Positions 51,460 to 61,388 of a stretch of 64,000 nucleotides of DNA are shown here, in pieces. Source of the stretch: an uncultured Gemmatimonadaceae bacterium. Its GTDB lineage: Bacteria; Gemmatimonadota; Gemmatimonadetes; Gemmatimonadales; Gemmatimonadaceae. Made by a program: the position numbers and the translations under genes. Every line of letters starts with the position of its first letter. The stretch's first letter is position 1. Location of the stretch: positions 224,001-288,000 of the forward strand of contig CAWBOC010000010.1 in assembly GCA_963790305.1 (NCBI GenBank). The letters run 5' to 3'. The notes below the pieces were generated by a model. That model searched no databases. It was not told the DNA's origin and saw only the letters and a list, made by a program, of their open reading frames with translations.

Positions 51460-52442
51460 AGAGGCACTCCGCCGCCCTGCTCTCGGATTGCGATGTCGAG
51501 GGACGCCACCAGCTCTCGCTTGCCGACGCGCGCGCCCGCCACCGCTACGTCGGCGGCGCCGTAATACACGATCAGATCATCGCCGCGCGCGACGAGACCC
51601 TCGGGGAAGACGACCCGCACCCCGGTTTTGAAGTTTGCCGGATCGACCTGCGGGATGGGCCGAAGCTCGATCTCGTAAGGCGCCTTCGGCGTCAGCGCCG
51701 GCTCATCGGAGACATACAGAACGTGCTCCGGCTTGGCGACGTCGAGCACGCACCAACCCATCGAGTAGACATTGCCTTCCGCGATGCTGGTGGCGCCGTG
51801 AAAGGGCAGGAGCCACCCGACCGACGTGCGAATCGGGGGCGCGCCCGCGCCCACTCGGGAGCTGCGCCAGGTTCCAGGCTGCGGGCCTATCAATGGTACG
51901 CCACTCTCTGGCCACGGCTCCTCGAGCGAGGATACCCGTGCGCAGACGATACGCGGCATGGGTCGGTGCAGAATCACGTACTGACCATCGACCTTTTCGG
52001 GAAGAATCACACAGTTCTTGTTCTCGCCGGCAATGCGCGGGCCATGACGGCGATAGCGCTCGGGCGCCAACAGGTCGTCGGTCGTGATCAGGCAGACCCG
52101 CGGCCCCTCTGGCGAATATCCAGTGTAGGTGATGGCGTAGCGTCCTTCACCTTCGAGGTAGGTGATCCGCGCGTCCTCGACGCCCCATTCCTCGTAGGGC
52201 GCCTGACGGGCGATGGCGGGGCGATCCCAGATCTCGTCGATGCGTTGGCCGTCCGACGACAGGGCGAGACCAAGACAGGAACGCTTCGTCTCCGCCTCGA
52301 ACACCCTAACGAGCAGCACGACGCGGTCTGTCGCCCGGTCGACGGCTACGCCTGGATTGAACGCGCCGCTTGCGCGAGCGAACGGAATGTGAGACGGATG
52401 AATGAGTGGGTTGCCGGGGAGCCGCTCGAGAGCTGCAATCAT
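51456..52442 (-). CDS. GH130-family glycosidase/phosphorylase
   Basis: NPLI, AFNPGV, GVEDARIT, NKNCVILPEK, VGAGAPPI, VVFPEG, YYGAAD. Confidence 0.88.
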   Translation of the reverse strand: MIAALERLPGNPLIHPSHIPFARASGAFNPGVAVDRATDRVVLLVRVFEAETKRSCLGLALSSDGQRIDEIWDRPAIARQAPYEEWGVEDARITYLEGEGRYAITYTGYSPEGPRVCLITTDDLLAPERYRRHGPRIAGENKNCVILPEKVDGQYVILHRPMPRIVCARVSSLEEPWPESGVPLIGPQPGTWRSSRVGAGAPPIRTSVGWLLPFHGATSIAEGNVYSMGWCVLDVAKPEHVLYVSDEPALTPKAPYEIELRPIPQVDPANFKTGVRVVFPEGLVARGDDLIVYYGAADVAVAGARVGKRELVASLDIAIREQGGGVPL

Positions 52443-53614
52443 GCCGGACTCCGGGACAGCCAGCACGCATAGAGTCGGGCGAAGTGCTGTGCCGGTGCGT
52501 GATAGTATTCGTCGGCACTCACGTCGAGCACGGTGGGGACCGGCCATCGATCGGCCATCCCCGCGTCCCGGCGCTCCCTGAACCTTCGAAACACGTCGAC
52601 TGCCGGTTTCTCACTCCCGTCCGCGCGCACGAGCCCGAACGTCCGCTCGCGTACGGCGGTGGCGAACGGCGGCCGATCGAACAGTGCTGCATCATAGTCT
52701 CCGTAACACCAGGCGTACGCTCCGGCCGCTCCGGTTCGCAGCAGCCGATCCAGGACAGCCTCGTAGTACGCGGCTCCCTCTTCTTCCGACGCGAGATACT
52801 GAGCCCGCGGCCGCCCCAGGAAGTCGTCGGTAATCGTGCGAGCCGCCGCCCCTGGAGGTGCAGTGCAGAGACCAAACTCCTGCATGAGGGTCGGCCGCCC
52901 CCGTCCCGAGAGACCTGTGGTGAGCGCGCAGGAGAAGGGAACGAGGTCCGGATCCAGAAATGATCGCGCGACGTCGGAGTAGAGGGGGTACGCATGCATT
53001 ACATCCTCGTCGCAGACGTCACCGAGATCGTCGACGCGCATGTTGTTCTGCGTGGTGAGCGACGGAAGGTGCGCGCCGATCTGAATCGGCGTACCCGGTG
53101 CCAGGCGCCTGATCGCGCTCGTGAGCCGCGATGCCCACTGAGCTCCCGCCTGCCGCGTGGGCGGACGCTGGGCATCGTCGATTTCGTTCGCGAGGTCGAA
53201 GGCGCGAATCGCGTCGTCCCCTGCGAGCGCCCGCACGCACGTCTCGACGAGGAGCACCTGGGAGTCGAGGACGCCCTCGTCCGCGTATAGGCTCCGCGTC
53301 TCCCCGCGTGCATCGAGCATCCATGCCGGCCACCAGATGCGCCCGCTCATGTTCAGGACGATGAGCGTCGGTACGATCGCGAGTCCGGCGTCTCTCGCGG
53401 ACCGGCTCACCGCGACCAGACGCTCCACCATCGGCATCGAGACGGTGCGTGGCCCTGGGAGAAAATCCTCCGTCAGGACAAACACTCGAACCACGTCGAA
53501 GCCCATGCTCGCGATGTGGGCCATGTCGTCGCGTACCTCGCCCAGATCGAGCTCGCGCCACATGTACATCGCGCGTCGGCGTGGCCAGTAGTTCACTCCG
53601 AGCTCGAAGGTCAC
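52439..53614 (-). CDS. Clan GH-A (GH5-like) beta-glycosidase, possibly beta-mannosidase
   Basis: LGVNYWP, DLANE (acid/base), MHAYP, LMQEFG (nucleophile), AWCYGDY, ERTFGL. Confidence 0.78.
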   Translation of the reverse strand: MTFELGVNYWPRRRAMYMWRELDLGEVRDDMAHIASMGFDVVRVFVLTEDFLPGPRTVSMPMVERLVAVSRSARDAGLAIVPTLIVLNMSGRIWWPAWMLDARGETRSLYADEGVLDSQVLLVETCVRALAGDDAIRAFDLANEIDDAQRPPTRQAGAQWASRLTSAIRRLAPGTPIQIGAHLPSLTTQNNMRVDDLGDVCDEDVMHAYPLYSDVARSFLDPDLVPFSCALTTGLSGRGRPTLMQEFGLCTAPPGAAARTITDDFLGRPRAQYLASEEEGAAYYEAVLDRLLRTGAAGAYAWCYGDYDAALFDRPPFATAVRERTFGLVRADGSEKPAVDVFRRFRERRDAGMADRWPVPTVLDVSADEYYHAPAQHFARLYACWLSRSPA

Positions 53615-54675
53615 GGATGGGACAACTCTGCCATGATCTCGCCGAGCGACAGGTCGGCGGCGGCCGTGACCCCATCCGCGGCCCCATAGTAGATGCGTAC
53701 CAGATCTCCCTCTGCGAGAAGCCCGCAGGTGAAGACGACGCCGCCGAAGAAGCCTTCGCGTTCGTAGGGTGCCTCCGGGGTGAGGATGGGTTCGCGCGAC
53801 CGCCCGATCACCTGCGCTGGATCGTCCGCGTCGAGGAGCAGGGCACCGAGGGAGTACGTCATCGGCGATCTCGTGACGCCGTGGTAAATGGCGATCCAGC
53901 CGTCTCGATCGGCCGTCCTTACGCGAATCGGGACCGCGCCCCCCCCGATCTTGGCGTCATCCCAGCGGCCGTCGCGCGCCGATGCGACGAGTCGGTGCTC
54001 GCCCCAGGAGAGGAGGTCAGACGACGACGCCAGCCACATTGCCGGCCGGCCGATCCCTTCCGGCATGGGCCGGTGCAGCGCGATGTAGCGGCCGTCGATG
54101 CGATCGGGAAAGATCGTGACGTCGCGATTGTTAGGCGGAAAGATGATCCCGTGACGCTCGAACGTTACGAAATCGGTCGTGGACGCAAGTGCCGTCGCGA
54201 TGCCATGTGGCGACACGGCGGAATAGTTGATCCAGTACGTCCCATCGAGCAGGGTGATGCGGGGATCCTCGATCCCAAAGGACTCGTAGGGTGTGGCGGG
54301 AAACAGCGCGGGCACGGGATCCACCTCGAAGCGGATGCCGTCCGTCGAACGTGCCAGGCGCAGGTGCGAGATCGACGTGAGCCACGTGCACCCATCGACC
54401 GTTACCGTCCGAGGATCGCTCGCATCGACAGTCTTCTCGTCGCGACGCCACCGCTTGATCTCGAGACGGTCGGTCTCGGAATCGTACACAGGTGCCGTGA
54501 CCTCATGCGTCGACGCACCGCGCACGGCCTCGGCCACCCGCAGCAGCAGGAGGACATGGCCCCCGTGCCGTGTGACTGCCGGGTTGAAGACACCTACAAC
54601 GTCCAGATCCGGCCGCGAGGGTGAGACCATCGCGGGAGTCAGTATCGGATTCTGGGTCGCTCGGTGAGCGCGCAT
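53611..54675 (-). CDS. GH130-family glycosidase/phosphorylase
   Basis: NPIL, VFNPAV, LLLRVAE, LTSISHLRLARSTDG, GIEDPRIT, HRP, KIGGGAVP, YHG, VVFTCG, YYGAAD. Confidence 0.9.
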   Translation of the reverse strand: MRAHRATQNPILTPAMVSPSRPDLDVVGVFNPAVTRHGGHVLLLLRVAEAVRGASTHEVTAPVYDSETDRLEIKRWRRDEKTVDASDPRTVTVDGCTWLTSISHLRLARSTDGIRFEVDPVPALFPATPYESFGIEDPRITLLDGTYWINYSAVSPHGIATALASTTDFVTFERHGIIFPPNNRDVTIFPDRIDGRYIALHRPMPEGIGRPAMWLASSSDLLSWGEHRLVASARDGRWDDAKIGGGAVPIRVRTADRDGWIAIYHGVTRSPMTYSLGALLLDADDPAQVIGRSREPILTPEAPYEREGFFGGVVFTCGLLAEGDLVRIYYGAADGVTAAADLSLGEIMAELSHP

Positions 54676-54802
54676 GGCACAAGGTGCTCACCGCCCTCCA
54701 CCTTGTGAAGGACCGGTGGGTTGTCCGATTGCGCACGCGAGGTATTTTCGAGCGGCTACGTTCCCACCGTGTAACCTCACACAGGCACAACGTGATTTCC
54801 TG

Positions 54803-56131
54803 ATGAGCAGCGCACTGCCGCGACGTTTTGGCGTCTGGGCTGCGCTGGCGATGATCATCGCCGAGGTCATGGGGGTCGGCATCTTCCTCACGCCAGCGTC
54901 AATGTCGCGCACCTTCGGCTCGACATCGTGGGTGCTCGCCGTGTGGGGGCTGGTGGGACTTCTGTCAGCCGCCGGTGCGCTGTGCTACGCGGAATTGGGC
55001 AGCCGTTTTCCCGAGGCGGGGGGCGGCTACGTCTACCTGCGTGAGGCCTTCGGGGAGCGGTGCGCGTTTGTCTACGGCTGGATGTCGCTCCTCGTCATGG
55101 ATCCGGGTCTTACCGCGGCGCTCGGCGTTGGACTCGCATCGTATCTGCTCGTCCTGCTTGGCGGATCGCCATCATCCGTGCCGGTGGTGGCGATTGCCTG
55201 CATCGTGGTGCTGGCGACCATATCGACGCTCGGGATCGAGAGCAGCGCACGTGTCCTGCGATGGACCGCGATCGCGAAGCTCGCGACGATCGGTCTGCTC
55301 ATCGTCGTCGTGCTCGTGCGTGGGAATTCGGCTGACCCTACCGTGGTGGCCGTCGATCGCGGAGTCCCAGCATTCCCGGCATTGGCCGGCGCGCTCATGG
55401 GTGCGTTCTTCGCGTTCGGGGGGTGGTGGGACCTTGGCAAGATGAGCGAAGAGATCGTCGAGCCGCGGCGAACACTCCCCGTCGCGCTCGTGGGAGGCGT
55501 GGTCATCGTGACGCTGGTGTACGCGGGCCTGAGCGTCGCGTTCACGCATGCGATGCAGGGCCGGCCGGTGCCCAGCGACGAGGCCTTCGTCGCATCGTTA
55601 GGCTCGGCGCTCTTTGGGGATGGGGCGGGGCAGGTGTTGGCCGGGGCGGTCGTGGTGGCCGTGGCCGGGAGCCTGGCGGCGGTGCTGCTCGGCGCGCCGC
55701 GCGTCTACCTTGCCATGGCGCGGAGCGGCGTCTTCCCCGCGTCGCTGGTTCGCTTTGATCTTCGACGACAATCGGCCCCACGTGCGACGCTCATCCAGGT
55801 CGTGCTGGCATGCCTGCTCGTGATGCTCGGCTCCTTCGACCAGATCCTGGGCTATTTCATCCCGGCGGCGGTGTTCTTTCTCGGACTCTCCGCCGCGGCG
55901 ATCCTGTTCCTCCCGAGACCAGCGGAGAGCCCGGGGATTTTCCGCGCGCCCTGGCACCCGCTGCCGATCATCGTGTTTCTCGTGCTCGTCGTGATCATGG
56001 TGGTGCTGTTCGCGGTGGGGCGGCCGGTCCAGACGGCGATCGGGGCCGCCGTCGTGACGCTCGGGATTCCGATATCGTTCCTCGTCGTCAAAACGCGCGG
56101 GCGGGCGAACGCCGTGTCGGCGCCTGAGTGA
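54803..56131 (+). CDS. APC-family amino acid permease
   Basis: GVGIFLTP, YAELGSRFPEAGGGYVYLREAFG, SEEIVEPRRTLP; about 12 TM segments. Confidence 0.9.
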   Translation: MSSALPRRFGVWAALAMIIAEVMGVGIFLTPASMSRTFGSTSWVLAVWGLVGLLSAAGALCYAELGSRFPEAGGGYVYLREAFGERCAFVYGWMSLLVMDPGLTAALGVGLASYLLVLLGGSPSSVPVVAIACIVVLATISTLGIESSARVLRWTAIAKLATIGLLIVVVLVRGNSADPTVVAVDRGVPAFPALAGALMGAFFAFGGWWDLGKMSEEIVEPRRTLPVALVGGVVIVTLVYAGLSVAFTHAMQGRPVPSDEAFVASLGSALFGDGAGQVLAGAVVVAVAGSLAAVLLGAPRVYLAMARSGVFPASLVRFDLRRQSAPRATLIQVVLACLLVMLGSFDQILGYFIPAAVFFLGLSAAAILFLPRPAESPGIFRAPWHPLPIIVFLVLVVIMVVLFAVGRPVQTAIGAAVVTLGIPISFLVVKTRGRANAVSAPE

Positions 56132-56204
56132 GGACCATGCTCCTATCGCAAACGCTTTCAAAAGCACAGTGCGGGATGAGCCACAAGCCAAGGGGGAATA
56201 ACGG

Positions 56205-56774
56205 ATGACCTGGATCAAGACTGTCGAATTCGACGACACGGACCCCGCGCTGCGCCGCGCGATCGAGATGCAGCGCGCGCTCTATCCGGTGGAGTACGCG
56301 ACGCCGGTGCATCCGGTGGCGGGAGGGCAGACGTCGGGGATCGTCGCATCGCACAGTCTCATCCCCGATGCGCTCTATCACGCGTTTGCGACATTCGGTG
56401 TGCTAATGTCACCCGAGTTGCCGCTCACGCGCCGTCAGCACGAGATGATCACGACCATGGTCTCGGAGACGAACCGCTGTAAGTATTGAATCGACTCGCA
56501 CGCAGAGTTTCTGCGTCGGGTCACGCTCGATGAGGCATTCGTCGAGGCACTGCGTCAGGACTACAGGACCGCGCCGATCTCGGAGGCGGAGCGGGTGATG
56601 CTCGACTACGTCGTGCAGCTGACGAAGGACGCCACGCGCATTACGCCCGAGTATCACGAGCGGCTCCGTGGCGTGGGCTTCGATGATCGTGGAATCCTTC
56701 AGATCACGCTGATCGCGTCGTGGTTTAACTACATCAATCGCGTCGCGGACGCGCTGGGAGTGGGAAGGCAGTAG
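56205..56774 (+). CDS. AhpD/CMD-family peroxidase-related selenoprotein (189 aa; TGA 56487-56489 read as Sec)
   Basis: [27 protein letters not shown]...LTKDATRIT...[31 protein letters not shown] 56772-56774; TGA sits at the second Cys of NxCxxCxxxH. Confidence 0.85.
56493..56522 (+). promoter_or_regulatory. Putative bacterial SECIS hairpin
   Basis: GACUCG-C-ACGCAGA-GUU-UCUGCGU-CGGGUC; G-leading apical loop begins 18 nt after the UGA. Confidence 0.7.
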
Positions 56775-56927
56775 GGGTCAGGAGTCAGGGGTCAGGGATC
56801 AGGGGTCAGGGATCAGGGGTGGAAAGGGGCCGCCGCGCTTCGCGCGTGCGGCCCTCATCAGATGGGCGCGGCAGCTTCGCTGCCGCGCCTTACCACCCCT
56901 GATCCCTGACTCCTGACTCCTGACCCC
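56774..56927. repeat. Heptamer-armed palindrome (GGGTCAG-type x6 / CTGACTC-type x4) enclosing two GC-rich hairpins
   Basis: Outer tandem arms; inner gggccgccgcgcttcgcgcgtgcggccc and ggcgcggcagc-ttc-gctgccgcgcc (56865-56889). Confidence 0.85.
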
Positions 56928-56967
56928 TTCTTCACAAAGGCCGAGGCGGCCCCCAACTTCGTCCCGC

Positions 56968-58383
56968 ATGGAGAAGCCACGCCTCAGCTTCTGGCAGATG
57001 TTCAACATGAGCTTCGGATTCCTCGGCATTCAGTTCGGCTGGGGGCTGCAGCTCGCCAACATGTCGGCGGTGTACGAGCGGCTCGGCGCCCGGCCGGACG
57101 AGGTCCCGCTGCTCTGGCTCGCGGCGCCGGTCACCGGGCTGCTCGTGCAGCCCATCGTCGGCGCCCTCAGCGATCGCACGTGGGGGGCGCTCGGGCGCCG
57201 CCGCCCGTATTTCCTCACCGGGGCAATCCTCGCCTCCATCGCGCTCTTCATCATGCCGACGTCCACGACCCTGTGGATGGCGGCTTCGCTGCTCTGGATC
57301 CTCGACGCCTCCATCAACATCTCGATGGAGCCGTTCCGCGCCTTCGTCGCCGACAAGCTCAACACGAGTCAGCGGACCGCGGGCTTCGTCATGCAGTCGT
57401 TCTTCATCGGCGTCGGCGCGAGCCTCGCGAATGCGCTCCCGCTCGTGCTCAGCCGCCTCGGCGTCGAAGGGAATACCGCGAGCGGAATTCCCCTTTCCGT
57501 GAAGTACTCGTTCCAGGTCGGGGCGGCGGTATTCCTGTTCGCCGTCCTCTGGACGGTATTCACGACGACCGAGTTTCCGCCGGAAGACCCCGCGGCGTTC
57601 GATCGCGCGCGCCGCGACCGTCGTGGGCTCGGCAACCTCGTGCGCGAGATCGCGGAGTCCATTCGCGGGATGCCGCCTACCATGCGTCAGCTTGCCGTCG
57701 TCCAGTTTTTCACCTGGATGGGGCTCTTCTGCATGTGGCTCTTCTTCGTGCCGGCGACGGCGCGCCACGTGTTCGGCGCTACCGACACGCAGTCGGCCGT
57801 CTACACGCAGGGGATGGAGTGGGGCGGGGCCGTGTTCGCGTTCTACTCGATTACCTGCTTCATCGTCGCGCTCGCGCTTCCGAAGCTCGCCGCGCTCACC
57901 AGCCGCAAGACCGTCCATGCGTTCGCGCTCGTGTGCGGCGCGGTGGGCCTGCTCTCCGTCTACGTCATTCACGATCGGTATCTCCTCATCCTCAGCATGG
58001 TCGGCGTCGGGATCGCGTGGGCATCCATCCTCTCCATGCCGTACGCCATCCTGTCTACGGCGCTGCCGGCGAGCCGCATGGGCGTGTACATGGGCGTGTT
58101 CAACTTCTTCATCGTCATTCCCGAGATCATTGCCGCGTTAGGCTTCGGCCCCTTGATCCGCACCGTGTTCGGGGAGAACAATGCGCAGGCGCCGCTCTAC
58201 ATCGTCATGCTGGGCGGCGTGTTTCTGTTGACGGCGGCGGCGTGCGTGTCGTTCGTGCGGGACGTGGGCGAACGGAACGTGCCGGAGGGCGACGTCATCA
58301 GAGCCGACGCGCAGGAGCATCTGCTCGCGCAGCCTGGAGTTCAGCCCGTGCCGAGTAGCGGGCTCGTCGACGAGTCTCGATGA
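56968..58383 (+). CDS. MFS sugar transporter (maltose/sucrose, SLC45-like)
   Basis: [28 protein letters not shown]...[35 protein letters not shown]. Confidence 0.9.
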   Translation: MEKPRLSFWQMFNMSFGFLGIQFGWGLQLANMSAVYERLGARPDEVPLLWLAAPVTGLLVQPIVGALSDRTWGALGRRRPYFLTGAILASIALFIMPTSTTLWMAASLLWILDASINISMEPFRAFVADKLNTSQRTAGFVMQSFFIGVGASLANALPLVLSRLGVEGNTASGIPLSVKYSFQVGAAVFLFAVLWTVFTTTEFPPEDPAAFDRARRDRRGLGNLVREIAESIRGMPPTMRQLAVVQFFTWMGLFCMWLFFVPATARHVFGATDTQSAVYTQGMEWGGAVFAFYSITCFIVALALPKLAALTSRKTVHAFALVCGAVGLLSVYVIHDRYLLILSMVGVGIAWASILSMPYAILSTALPASRMGVYMGVFNFFIVIPEIIAALGFGPLIRTVFGENNAQAPLYIVMLGGVFLLTAAACVSFVRDVGERNVPEGDVIRADAQEHLLAQPGVQPVPSSGLVDESR

Positions 58384-61300
58384 TCGCTCGCCTCCTCGCG
58401 CAGGTCGTCGCGCTGACGCTCATTGTCGCCGCGGCACTTCCAGCACAGTCGACCGGGTCGCTCGCCGGTCACGTTCGCGACGACGACGGAGCTCCCGTTT
58501 CCGGTGCCGTCGTCACCGCGACCCGCTCCGACGGATCCATCGTCCGGCGTGACGTCTCCGGCATCGACGGGCGCTATCGCCTCGGTCTGCTGCCGCCCGG
58601 GGATTACACGTTGGTCGGCCGCCGCCTCGGCTTCCGCCCGTCCTCGCAGGAGGGCATCGCCATCGCATCGGGCGCGTCGGTCGAAGTCGACATCGTGATG
58701 CGCGACGCACCCACCGCGCTCGAGACGGTGGTCGTCGGCGCGGCGCCGAACGCCATCGATCAGGAGGACACGCGGTTCGGCACGCGCATCGACGAGGCGG
58801 AGCTGTCAGCGTTGCCACTCGGCTACGACTTCACCTCGATCATCGCGTTCACGCCCGGCGCGCGCCCCGATCAGGTGTGGGGCGGCGCGACCGAGCAGGC
58901 GAATAGCTACGTCGTCGATGGCGTGGCGCTCAATCACCCTGGCGTCGGCGGCGCGCTCATCCCGCTCAACCCGAGCTGGCTCGAGGAGCTCGAAGTCACC
59001 GGCCTCGCCGCGGGCGCCGAGTACGGCAACTTCCAGGGTGGGCTCATTCGGGCGGTGACGAAGTCGGGGTCCAATACGCGAACGGGGCTCCTTCGCGTCA
59101 ACGGCGAGACGGACCGTCTCAACAGCACCAACATTGGCTCCACGGAAATCAGTGCCGAGCTGGCGGGACGTCGCGAGGTGGAGGGCGAGCTTCGCGGGCC
59201 GCTCGTTCGCGATCGGCTCTTCTATTATCTCGCCGGCCAGCTGGTGCAGCGCGAGCTTCGCGTGCTCGATCATTTGGGAAACACGAGCGTGGCGGGACGT
59301 TTTCTTCCAACGCTCGGGACTCACGACGAGCGCAAGCTCTTCGGCAAGCTCACGTGGCAAGCCAGCCCCCGCGACGTCGTCGACGCATCGCTTGGCCTCG
59401 TCGATCTGGAGGCCGAGCAGTATGCGCAGACGGGCTTCGAGACGTCCGAGGCGGGCACGCGGCTGAGCGCGCCGACGCTGTTCGGCCTGCTCTCATGGCG
59501 GCGCTCGTGGGGAGCGCGGGCCCTTCTCGATATTCGAGTGGCGCGTCTCGATGGCGATGAGCGTCGCGACCCGTACGGCGGCACCACCGTGGCCGGAATG
59601 CGAACGTGGGAGATCGGCGGAGATCGGTCGTATCACAACGCGACGTTTCGCGACCGGTTCGCGCCGCTGACGACCGCCATCTCGGCGGACGCGAACATTT
59701 TCTCGTCGGGCGGCGGTACCGTCCGGCACTACTGGAAGGCCGGCATCGAGCTCTCGAAGTCGCGATATGTGCACCAGCATGTGCGCAACGGCGGCATGAC
59801 CTGGCGACCGGCCGCGCCCGACCGACCGACGTTCAATGCAGCGCTGCCGGCGACCTGGCCGGAGAGCCGCATCATTCCGGTGAGCACAGGTGGTGAGGTG
59901 CGGCTCGACGCCGACATCGAGAATGGCGCCATCTATCTCCAGGATCGCCTGGAGCTCGGGCGACGGGTGAGTCTGTTGTTAGGCGCGCGGCATGGGTGGT
60001 GGTACGGGGCGCTCCGGCCCCAGGGCGAGCGACAGGATCGGCTCGAGGCCGTTCGCGACTTCGCGACCGAGCCGCGCGTCGGCGCGATCGTCGATCTGAC
60101 GGGCAACGGACGCTTCGTGGCCAAGGTGCATTGGGGGCGCTACCACCAGCACCTCTTCGCACAGTTTTTCGACCGCGTCGAAGGCGGTGGCGTCTTCACC
60201 AACGATCAGTTCTGGTATTACACCGGCGCGACGCCGAGTAATCCGCGCGCGACATTCACCGAGGCGCAGCGCGACTCTCTCGTCGACGCCGGACAGCTCA
60301 CGCTGATGGACGAAATCCGGCTCAACGAGGAAGGCGCCGTCTTCAACTACCGTCAGCCGTACATCGATCAGGTCGTCGTCGGGCTGGAACGTTCCATCGG
60401 GTCGCGATGGAAGGCGGAAGCGGTGTACGTCGGCCGTCGCAATCGGCGGCTCGTCGCGCTGGTGGACCGGAACCTCGAGTCGAACTACACCGCATTCACC
60501 GATCTGCGCGTCACCAATCGCTTCGGCGGCGTGATTCGCGATCACAATGGGCAGCCGCTGGTACTCCCCGTCGTGTATCTCCCGAACGACGCGCTGGTCC
60601 GTCGAATCCTGGAGACGGTCCGGCCCGGTGCGCCGGCGCTGCCGAACTATCGGTTTGCCGACATTCCCGCGCTGACGTGGAACCCGGTGTACCAGATCAC
60701 GACCGCTCCGGGGGCGCAGCGGGTGTTCGATCAGGGCCAGCTCATCGTCTCCGGGCGGTTCCCCCTCTGGTCGGTGACCGGCTCGCTGGCGCTGACGCGG
60801 CTCGAGGGCAACCTGTTCAGCGTCACTGGGTATGACGATCCCGCCGGTCATGGGGCGGGCCCCTTCGTCCGCCCTAACGAGTCCATTCTCGGATTCGGCC
60901 GGCTCGGAAACTCCGCCGAGATCGAGGCCAAGCTGCGCGTGACCGGAGCGCTCCCATTCGGCTTCCGCGGCGGCGCTTTTGTCACCGCCATGCGGGGCGA
61001 CGCGTTTGCCCCAACGTTCACGCTCAACGGACTGTTGTTCAACTTCGACCTCAATGACTCGACGGCGATCCGCGCCGACACGTCGCGCATCGACTACACG
61101 GTGTTCCGTCCAGTCTCGGGGCAGCGCGTGTTTCTGGAAGAGCGGGGCAGTCGCACCTATCCGGATCGCGTGACACTCGATCTCCACCTGGAGCGAGGCT
61201 TCCACCTGGGCCGCGCCGAGTGGGTGCTCTCGCTCGATGGCTTCAACGTGCTCGGCAACAGCGCGATCACCGAGGCCAACATCGCGATCGATTCACAGAG

Positions 61301-61388
61301 CGACCCCAACGCGACGGGTAGCTTCGCGTCGGCACGGGCGAGAGTGGCGCCGAGGACGATTAGGATCGGGAGCGCGGTGAGATTCTAG
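58380..61388 (+). CDS. TonB-dependent receptor with N-terminal carboxypeptidase-regulatory-like domain (Oar-like)
   Basis: Signal; QSTGSLAGHVRD, LPPGDYTL, AEYGNFQGGLIRAVTKSGSN, GPLVRDRLFYY; terminal Phe. Confidence 0.88.
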   Translation: MIARLLAQVVALTLIVAAALPAQSTGSLAGHVRDDDGAPVSGAVVTATRSDGSIVRRDVSGIDGRYRLGLLPPGDYTLVGRRLGFRPSSQEGIAIASGASVEVDIVMRDAPTALETVVVGAAPNAIDQEDTRFGTRIDEAELSALPLGYDFTSIIAFTPGARPDQVWGGATEQANSYVVDGVALNHPGVGGALIPLNPSWLEELEVTGLAAGAEYGNFQGGLIRAVTKSGSNTRTGLLRVNGETDRLNSTNIGSTEISAELAGRREVEGELRGPLVRDRLFYYLAGQLVQRELRVLDHLGNTSVAGRFLPTLGTHDERKLFGKLTWQASPRDVVDASLGLVDLEAEQYAQTGFETSEAGTRLSAPTLFGLLSWRRSWGARALLDIRVARLDGDERRDPYGGTTVAGMRTWEIGGDRSYHNATFRDRFAPLTTAISADANIFSSGGGTVRHYWKAGIELSKSRYVHQHVRNGGMTWRPAAPDRPTFNAALPATWPESRIIPVSTGGEVRLDADIENGAIYLQDRLELGRRVSLLLGARHGWWYGALRPQGERQDRLEAVRDFATEPRVGAIVDLTGNGRFVAKVHWGRYHQHLFAQFFDRVEGGGVFTNDQFWYYTGATPSNPRATFTEAQRDSLVDAGQLTLMDEIRLNEEGAVFNYRQPYIDQVVVGLERSIGSRWKAEAVYVGRRNRRLVALVDRNLESNYTAFTDLRVTNRFGGVIRDHNGQPLVLPVVYLPNDALVRRILETVRPGAPALPNYRFADIPALTWNPVYQITTAPGAQRVFDQGQLIVSGRFPLWSVTGSLALTRLEGNLFSVTGYDDPAGHGAGPFVRPNESILGFGRLGNSAEIEAKLRVTGALPFGFRGGAFVTAMRGDAFAPTFTLNGLLFNFDLNDSTAIRADTSRIDYTVFRPVSGQRVFLEERGSRTYPDRVTLDLHLERGFHLGRAEWVLSLDGFNVLGNSAITEANIAIDSQSDPNATGSFASARARVAPRTIRIGSAVRF

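Noticed and set aside
56147..56160. LacI/cre-like operator cgcaaacgctttca (similar site near 6507)
   Set aside because: Imperfect single matches and no cognate regulator in the window.
1295..59984. Integron attC array suggested by RYYYAAC/GTTRRRY matches
   Set aside because: No GCCTAAC...GTTAGGC pair lies within about 150 bp, most copies are intragenic, and no integrase is present.
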